The position numbers were made by a program, and so were the translations under genes. Positions 56,061 through 64,000 of a stretch of 64,000 nt of DNA are shown in pieces. Position 1 is the stretch's first letter. The number at the start of each line of letters is the position of its first letter. The notes under the pieces were generated by a model that had not been told where the DNA came from, ran no database searches, and saw only the letters and a program-made list of their open reading frames with translations. This DNA is from Octopus sinensis (Eukaryota), in assembly GCF_006345805.1 (NCBI RefSeq), contig NC_043007.1, positions 18,662,001 through 18,726,000 on the forward strand. Reading direction: 5' to 3'.

Positions 56061-57827
56061 TGAACCGGTTTGATGTTTAAACCGGTTCGATCCGGTTTGA
56101 ACCCGTTGTTATCCGTTTGATGCTTAAACCGGTTAGGTCCGGTTTGAACCGGTTCGGTCCGGCTTGAACTGGTTTAAGCATCAAACGGATAACAACGGGT
56201 TCAAACCGGATCGAATCGGTTTAAACATCAAACCAGTTCAAACCGGTTGAAACTGGATCAAATCGATTGAAACCGGATCGAACCGTTTTGGTCCGGTATC
56301 GACCGGATTGAACCCGTTTGGTCCGGTTTGTTCCGGTTTGGTCCGGCTTGAACTGGTTTGAACCATACCGATCCAAACCGGACCGAACCAAACAGAACGA
56401 AACCTGACCGAACCAAACCGGACCAAATCGGTCCGTTTCAAACCGGTCCAAACCGGACCAAATCGGTTCAAACCGGACCAAACCGGTTCAAACCGGATCA
56501 AACCGGTCCAAACCGGATAGAACTGGATCAAACCAGATAAAACCGGTTCAAACCGGATCGAACCGGTTCAAACTGGGTCGAACCGGTTTTAACTGGTTTT
56601 GTCCGGCTTGAACCCGTTTTAACCGGACCAAACCAAACCGAATGAAACCGGTTCAAACTGGATCGAACCGGTTTAGACCGGTTTGATGTTTAAACCGATT
56701 CGATCCGGTTTGAACCCGTTGTTATCCGTTTGATGCTTAAACCGGTTAGGTCCGGTTTGAACCGGTTCGGTCCGGCATTAACAGGTTTGAACCAGAACGA
56801 TCAAAACCGGACCAAACCAAACAGAACGAAAATCGGTCCGGTTCAAGCCGGACCAAACCGGTTCAAACTGGTCCAAACCGGTTCGATCCAGTTTGAACCG
56901 GTTTGATCCGGTCTGAAGCGGTTTGGTTCGGTTTGGTTTGGATCGGTCCCGTTGCAGCCGGAACAAACCGGACTTAACCGGTTTAAACATCAAACCGGTT
57001 CGATCCTGTTTGAACCGGTTTGATCCAGTTCGATCCGCTTTGATCCGGTTTGGTCCGATTTTGACCGGTTTTGTCCGACTTGAACCAATTTGAACCGGAC
57101 CGATTTGGTCCGGTTTGGTTTGGTCCGGTTTGGTTCGGTTTGGATCGGTCTGGATCAAACCAGTTCAAGCCGGACCAAACCGGAACAAACCGGTTCAATC
57201 CGGACCAAACGGGTTCAAACCGGTCGATACCGGACCAAAACGGTTCGATCCGGTTTGAACCGGTTTGATCCGGTTTGAAACGGTTTGGTCCGGCTTGAAC
57301 CGGTTCCGTCCGGGTTGGTCCAGTTCGGACCGGTTCGGTCCGGTTCAGTCTGGTTTGCTATGTTTCTATTGGGTTGTCTGGAAAGTTCGTTACGATTTTT
57401 AAAGGAAAGTGAAGGTCACTAAATACTTGCCATTACATATTTAATGAACGAAATCTGAACCATTACGTTGCACAATACGTGTCCATCTTTCCTTTACCTT
57501 GAAAATACCCCCATTCCAGTTTGGGCTGGTTTGGACCGGTTTGGTCCGGTTTGGACCGGTTTGAGCCTGTTTGATCCGCGTCGGACCGGTTTGGTCCGGT
57601 TTTGACCAGTTTGATCCGGTTTGGAGCGGGATGATCCGCTTTTGTCCGGTTTGGTTCGGTTTGGATCGGTCCGGTTTGGTCCGGTTTTGAAAATTTTTAG
57701 TCAAAATTTTTTGAAAATTTTGGTCAAAATTCTTTGAAAATTTTTGGTCATAATTTTTTGAAAAATTTTTTCTGAAAATATTTTGTTCGGTTTGGTCCGG
57801 TTTGGTTCGGTCAGGTTTGGTCCGGCC
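56061..57827. repeat. AACCGG/CCGGTT-based satellite in mixed orientation
   Basis: aaaccggttc / ggaccaaacc / gatccggttt units; interrupted by a mariner end and an A4T4 segment (57669-57785). Confidence 0.88.
57369..57517 (-). mobile_element. 3' end of the same mariner family, embedded in satellite
   Basis: TA plus TIR ttgggttgtctggaaagttcg; minus translation WNGGIFKVKERWTRIVQRNGSDFVH. Confidence 0.85.
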
Positions 57828-57978
57828 AGTACTCTTTCGCCACAACCTTCTCTCACTCTTTCTTCTGTTAGCCTGCTCGCTTAGCCAGCGGGATGGCGTC
57901 ATTTGAAGGGTAAAACAATGCCAAGCGCATTGTGACCAGCGATGTGTAGCAACATATCTGATAACCTGGTCGGTCACG

Positions 57979-58024
<46 letters not shown>

Positions 58025-58479
58025 GGTGCCCCAGCATGGCCACAGCTCGTGAGCTGAAACTAGATAAAATAAAAATAAAATAAAATAAAAAACATAAATA
58101 TAAAATTGCCACCACAATGTGGTGGAACTAGAGGGTCGATGCTACTGTTGTTTATGGCCCCAGGAAGACATCTCCTCCATCTGGCTAACGACAAGCTGTC
58201 TGTGTCCGATTAGTACTCGCGAAGGAAAATTATCGTTCCCATCTCTAGCCTTACGTGTAACCCACAGATCCGAGTTTCTGGGTAGTAACCCGTCTCCAAC
58301 GTGTGACAATCACCGGCTTCTCTCTTTATTATAGGCATAAGGCCTGAATACAGATGGGACATACACAAACATGAGGGAACAAAAAAAAAAAACATATGAA
58401 AGAATGAATTGCAATGTATTAAATTATAATGAATATGAGACGGCTCTCTCGGTCCCGCTCCGAGACGAAACCGCGATTT

Positions 58480-59650
58480 CTTTTTTACAATTAAACGTTC
58501 TTACAGTCTTTTTTCGTTTTTTGTTTCCTTTTTTAGCTTGTTCTTTTTCTTAGTCTTTTGTTGTTGCTTTTTGTATCGTTTTTTTTTCTTTTTTCTTTAT
58601 ACATTTTAACAGTCTATTTTTCTCGTTTTTTTTTTAATGAAGTACAAATTTTACTTATTTTTAAATGTTCATAAAGGGTTTCAAATCTTCTAATTCCACG
58701 ACCGGCGGGAGCTCGTCAAACCCGACTTCATAGACCCCAGCGGGTCAATGAAAAGTCCATACATCTCTCTCAATTTCAAAAATCTCTCTTTGTGTATGAC
58801 TATTCCTTTTGTGTACTCCGGGTATTTTCCTGGCGGCAGCTTCTCTCTTATTACTGATTTATATTTTACAATCGTTTTCTCTATTTCTTTACTCTTAGAA
58901 TAAGTGACCAAATGCCACTTTTATCCCTTCCTTTTCATTTCTGCTTGCTTCGGCCCCCGTCCTGATCTGTTTGGGCGCACAGAAACATCACAACCTATTT
59001 TTTGAACGCTTCCTTTTTCTCCCTGTTGTAATGCTGTTTTTTTTTCCTGTGTGCCTTCTTTCACTACTGCTTCTGTTGGTGCTTCACACCTATTTCTCTT
59101 TTCTTCCATCACAATCTCCTTTAGCCCTTTTTGACAGTCTGGGGGAGAATTCACCCGTTCCTTTCTCTTCCTCGTGTTTACGACTGTGAAGCGTTCCTCC
59201 ACTCTATCTGTCTCTTTCGATGGTACTACCTCTTCGGCATTGTTCTCTTCACTTTTCTTATCCTCTTCGTTTTCTTTCTCGGGACATCTCGCTTTCATGT
59301 GCCCCTTTTTGCCGCATAGGGAGCATGTTGGTGGTCTTCCTTCTACTGTTATTCGAAGTCTGCTGTCTTCCGGGAGTATTATTTCTTCCGTTATACTATG
59401 CAAGTCTTCCAAAGATACCCGCATGGTCACTTCGAAGCTATATCCCCACTAATTGGACTTTGGGGTCCTCGTTATCTTGAGCATCCCATCCTTCATGTCG
59501 TGTATTATGGCTGCTACCAGCCATTCTTCCTCGATTTCGCGGGGGTACTCTTCCAACTCTCACTCTGGCAGCGCGTTGGCCACAGCACATTTAAATTGAG
59601 ACTGCTGGGAGAGAGCATATATTCTCAATAACAGAGTCTATGAGCTTCCT
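58480..59650 (-). mobile_element. Decayed gag/ORF1-like zinc-knuckle retroelement with no ORF2
   Basis: One frame RVRVGRVPP/EIEEEWLVAA...RITVEGRPPTCSLCGKKGHMKARC...RRSWN, broken by a frameshift (about 59539) and in-frame stops (59449-59451, 58921-58923); CX2CX4HX4C; A-rich 3' region. Confidence 0.7.
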
Positions 59651-59947
59651 TGATTGACCTCCTGGGTGGTTGTCATCATGTTGGGATGTCTCATTTAATT
59701 TATTTTGTATACCGTATATACCAGCGTACAGGATGGAATTTGAACTTTAAAATATCAGCTCTCCGACCCAAACTATGGGTCGGCTTATATACCATACCCC
59801 GTATAAAATCTGAACCGACGTGGTCGGATTCGCTTTCCATCTTTTCAGGGAATCGATTAAATAACGTACCAGTTACGCACTGGGGCCAATGTAACCGACC
59901 AGTCCCCTTCATACAAATTTCAGGCCTTGTGCCTATAGTACAAAGGA

Positions 59948-59949
59948 TT

Positions 59950-60017
<68 letters not shown>

Positions 60018-60083
60018 TAGTTTTATTATTATAGTTGTTGTTGTTGTTAGTATTATTATTATTATTAGTAGTAGTAGTAGTAG
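59948..60083. repeat. Compound trinucleotide microsatellite (ATC)n(ATT)n(GTT)n(AGT)n
   Basis: Direct reading; forms the tail of a SINE A-related element. Confidence 0.9.
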
Positions 60084-61267
60084 TGTGCCAGGCAAAATTC
60101 TTTGTTGTATTTATTGACTTTGCCTTTGATCTTTCCAAGCTCAATAAAGGAAGAACTAGTAGTCCAGTGTTGTGTAACTCTTATCTGACTTTAGAAAACG
60201 TGAGGAAATTGCTATCTGAGACAAGCAGAGTTGGCGTGGTAGTTGTTAGATTCATTTATGAACAAATTGAAGGAAACTTGTTTTACGAAATTATAGTTTT
60301 ATTTCAATCTGAAAGGAGAATTTTCTCCCTTCCAATTCGTTAGTAACGTCAGAGTTTTCTCCCTTACTAATTTAGCGTTATTATACCCTGGATACGTTTT
60401 CGGAAATTTCCAGAAGCAACTTTGCAACGGCATAAATGTGAAAATCTTGGTCCGGTTGGTTTTGAGTTCAAATCATGCTGGGTCCAACAGAAATTGAATC
60501 AGGGAATCAATAAAATTGGCACGGACCAGGAAATCAATAGGATTACCAGAAACGTTTTGACTTGACTTGACCAAAAGAAATATTTACTGTAATTAATTTG
60601 AATTCTTTATTTAATTAAACCTTTTATCTTCTACTTGTTTCAGTAATTGGACCGCGACCATGCTGGAGCACGCCTTCAAGAATTTAGTCCAACAAATAAA
60701 CCCCACTACTTAATGTTTCAAATAGTGTGGTGTTTATTTTATCGCTTCTCGTTTGCCGAACTGCTAAAGCAAGCAAACGCACACCAGTTGTGAAGCGATG
60801 GTGGTAGTTACAAACATTAAGACATACACACATATACACACATACATACATAATACATACGTACATACATACATAATACATACGTACATACACACACACG
60901 CGCACGCGCGACAGATTTCCACACAGTTTCCGTGTCTACCAAATCCATTCCCAAGGCTTTTGGTCAACCCAGGGAGAAGATACTTGCCCAAGGCGCCGCG
61001 CAGTTGAACCCGAAACCTCATGGTTGCAAAGCGAACTTCTTAACCGCACAGCCATGCCAACACCACAAAGAATATTTCGAATTTAAAGTTTCCTTACTTA
61101 ATAAAATACATTATTTTAAAATTTCATTCAATTTCTATTTCTGTAAACATCTTTTCAATTTATTATATTTGTTTGGCGGATTAGAGGCTGTGGATTATCA
61201 GCAGAAACATTACGCAGCCGACCAAATACTTAGCAACATTTCTTATGGTTCTATATATTCAACCTTG

Positions 61268-61655
61268 ACGGCAGGCTGGCAGAATTGTTTACATGACGAG
61301 CAAAATGCTAAATGGTATTTCGTCTGCCGTTACACTATGAGCTCAAATTCCGCCGAGGTCGACATTACCTTTCATCCTTTCGGGGGTCAATTAAATAAGT
61401 ACCAGTTAAGCACTGGGGTCGATATAATCGACTTAATCCGTTTGTGTGTCCTTGTTTGTCCGCTCTGTGTTTAGCCCGTTGTGGGTAGTAAAGAAATAGG
61501 TATTTCGTCTGCCGTTACGTTCTGAGTTCAAATTCCGCCGAGGTCGACTTTACCTTTCATCCTTTCGGGGTCGATAAATTAAGTACCAGTTACGCACCGG
61601 GGTCGATATAATCGACTTAATCCGATCAAGCCCCTTGTGGGTAATAAAGAAATAT
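61268..61655 (+). mobile_element. SINE family A dimer
   Basis: Same aaagaaatag|gtatttcg junction at 61499/61500; a minus-strand dimer lies at about 62258-62530. Confidence 0.85.
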
Positions 61656-61984
61656 ATATATTCAACTTCCTCCAAGGTCGACTTTGCCTTTCAATTTTTC
61701 AGTGTTGATAAAATCGGTGCCAGTCCAGAAGTGGAGCCGATGAAATCTACTAAACCCTCTCCTTGACATTTCAGGCCTTGTACTTATATTTCAAAGAATT
61801 CTATCTAGGCCTTGTGCCTATATTTTGAAAGGATTGTATCTATTTCCCAGATATTGTGTTTTTTATTCAAGCTTCAGTCTGGTATTTTCTTTATATGAAA
61901 TACGAAACTCTCACAATTGAATTGTTACAGCAAATGTGAGGTGAACGTACATCAAGCGAGATGAAGCCCTGTCGCTGTCTAAAT

Positions 61985-62240
61985 AAAATAAATAAATGCG
62001 CCCTTTTTAAAGCCTAGCCAGGCTCATGGGCCCGGTTTCACGGTTTCAATGGCGTATGTGTTCCCCAGCTGGACGGTACGCCAGTCCATCGCAGTGTTAC
62101 TCATTTTTGCCAGCTGAGTGGACTGGAGCAACGTGAAATGAAGTGATTTGCTCAAGAACACAACGCGTCGCCCGGTCCAGGAATCGAAACCACAACCTTA
62201 CGATCATGGTGATGACACCCTAACCACTAGGCCTCCACAG
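61985..62240 (-). mobile_element. tRNA-derived SINE family C with a V-SINE-like central domain
   Basis: Minus: ggcctagtggttagggtgtc...ggtttcgattcctgg, tgcgatggactggcgtaccgtccag, (TTTA)n tail. Decayed copies lie inside the 50185/53027 duplication. The V-domain assignment is from memory of the motif. Confidence 0.7.
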
Positions 62241-63227
62241 AGGTAAAGTCGACCTCGGCGGAATTTGAACTCAGAATGTAGAGACAGATGAAATACCTAT
62301 TTCTTTACTACCCACAAGGGGCTAAACACAGAGAGGACAAACAAGGACAGACAAATGGATTAAGTCGATTATATCTACCCCAGTGCATAACTGGTACTTA
62401 AATTATCGATCCCGAAAGGATAAAAGGCAAAGTCGACCTCGGCTGAATTTGAACTCAGAACGTAGCGGCAGACGAAATACTGCTAAGCATTCCGCCCGGC
62501 GTGCTAACGATTCTGCGAGTTCGCCGCCCTAGAAATATTGAAATATTGACTCATTAACGGATAAACGTCGTCAAGTGTGGATCAAATAATATTCTTAAAG
62601 GATACTTGTTTTTTTAGACACTATTTATAGTACATAATATTTACAATGATACTCATAATAGATATTCGACCTCAGCTACATCAATATCAGCCACAATAAC
62701 AATGGCAAGTTGTTTTATTTCCAGATCGAGAGAGACATCTCTGAGTGGCGGAACTACCGAATTTCAAAAAAGCACCAATTAATTCATTACTTAACCGCCC
62801 TTGATTAGAACACGCACATTATATGTATAAGAAGATCATAATTTGGAACTGAGCTTATAAGGCCCCAGACACAGCTACCGAGCTACTAGAAACAACAGTC
62901 GAATCACCCGCCAAGGCAAGATCGATTTTGCCTTTCATTCGTCCTGGGTTGATGAATTAAGTACCAGTTGCGTACTGGGGTAGATCTTATCGACTGGCTC
63001 CCTCCCTTCAAAATTTCGGGCCTTTTGCCTAGAGTATAAAATAATATAAAGGTCGTCAGAGATATAAATTAATGACTAAATGACAGGACAGTCACGGTTG
63101 GAGCACCGTTGATCATATTTGTTTTTGATCAGGACTGATTTGAACTAAACAACTAGAACAAAATTATTATTTTTCCCATTGTACACTTCAAACAGAACTC
63201 AAACTTTTGTTCACTGCCGTAAACCAT

Positions 63228-63825
63228 GCTAATGTCAGCTGCTCTGCCGATGCCCGGCTGTGTCTTCTTACTAAACGTCAATCAGCTGTTATGTATAATG
63301 GTTTCAAATTAAAGATTACGAGCAAAACGCTCCCCGTCCAATGGACGGTGCTGAGTTGTCAAACATTTAAACCAAATTTTCTCAAAACAACTTGTCCGAC
63401 CGTCCCATAGGCCTTCCCTTTGAGAAACACTGATTTAACCTAAATTTGAGACACCACCAAAAGAAGAAATAAAGATAGACTTTTTTCTATTCCAAAGAAA
63501 AACGATTTTATTCATACAAATATGCAACCGAAGAGTTTAAAGTACCAGTAATGATAAGGCTGTTGACTGGGAGAACACAAACATAATTTAAACAGTAAGC
63601 TTGGCAGGAAAGAAACGTGCCTTTAAGCAGTACAAAAACAACAAAAAATGGAAGGTGCAGTTATGCATTCTCACCTGGAATCGATTTTTGCAATTTTTTC
63701 AAGACTTATACACGTCCTGATACCGTCGGTATCTACATATCAAATATGAGTGCAATCAGATGGAGGACGCCCGAGATCCTAGAAGACACACACACAGACA
63801 GACAGAACGGATTTTATATAATAGA
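63228..63825 (-). mobile_element. Helitron-like element (5' end clear, 3' end uncertain)
   Basis: Minus strand A|TCTATTATATAAAATCC followed by (GTCT)n/(GT)n as in the other copies. The 3' boundary is only tentative, near a gccg...cggc hairpin. Confidence 0.45.
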
Positions 63826-63991
63826 TTTGCCAACATAACATGGCAGTCCTGGTTTAGGCCGAATGTTGCTGTAATTTAGACCCAGGAGACATCGTCTCCA
63901 GTTGGCTATATGACACTATCTGTGTCCTTATTTTGGGCTAAATTACAGCAACATTCGTCCTAAACCTGGACTGCCATGTTATGTTGGCAAA
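63826..63991. mobile_element. Hairpin MITE with about 53-bp TIRs
   Basis: tttgccaacataacatggcagtcc...taattta / inverse, 2 mismatches; related interior near 58140-58210; TSD unresolved. Confidence 0.75.
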
Positions 63992-64000
63992 TAATCCTTA

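Noticed and set aside
54354-58115. ORFs over the satellite block
   Set aside because: Translations of satellite units; only the last 25 residues of the 57441-58115 ORF are real mariner sequence.

Overview
AT-rich animal genomic DNA. The SINE families, (TA)n/(CA)n microsatellite density and RTE LINE point to a coleoid cephalopod, most likely Octopus (inference). One protein-coding gene is supported: a DCAF5/WDR22 ortholog on the + strand. It has 9 coding exons (5309-49307), all with GT-AG junctions and consistent phases, giving 3231 nt and 1076 aa. The rest is mobile DNA: a 5'-truncated RTE LINE with a PHD-type finger inside its RT, many RTE 3'-end copies, four or more tRNA-derived SINE families, Helitrons, Mutator-, hAT-, piggyBac- and Tc1/mariner-type elements, CR1-like fragments, an ORF1-only zinc-knuckle retroelement, and a 3.7 kb compound satellite block (about 54160-57830). 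The most striking signal is a set of about nine minimal type I hammerhead ribozyme (HHR) motifs from about five unrelated repeat families in the DCAF5 introns. Several lie in Penelope-style inverted insertions, and one is carried by a tRNA-headed SINE inserted as a head-to-head dimer with a 12-bp target duplication. All folds and alignments were done by eye, and no cleavage activity is demonstrated. Most ORFs in the supplied track are microsatellite or SINE artefacts. Repeat boundaries are approximate unless TSD/TIR coordinates are given.
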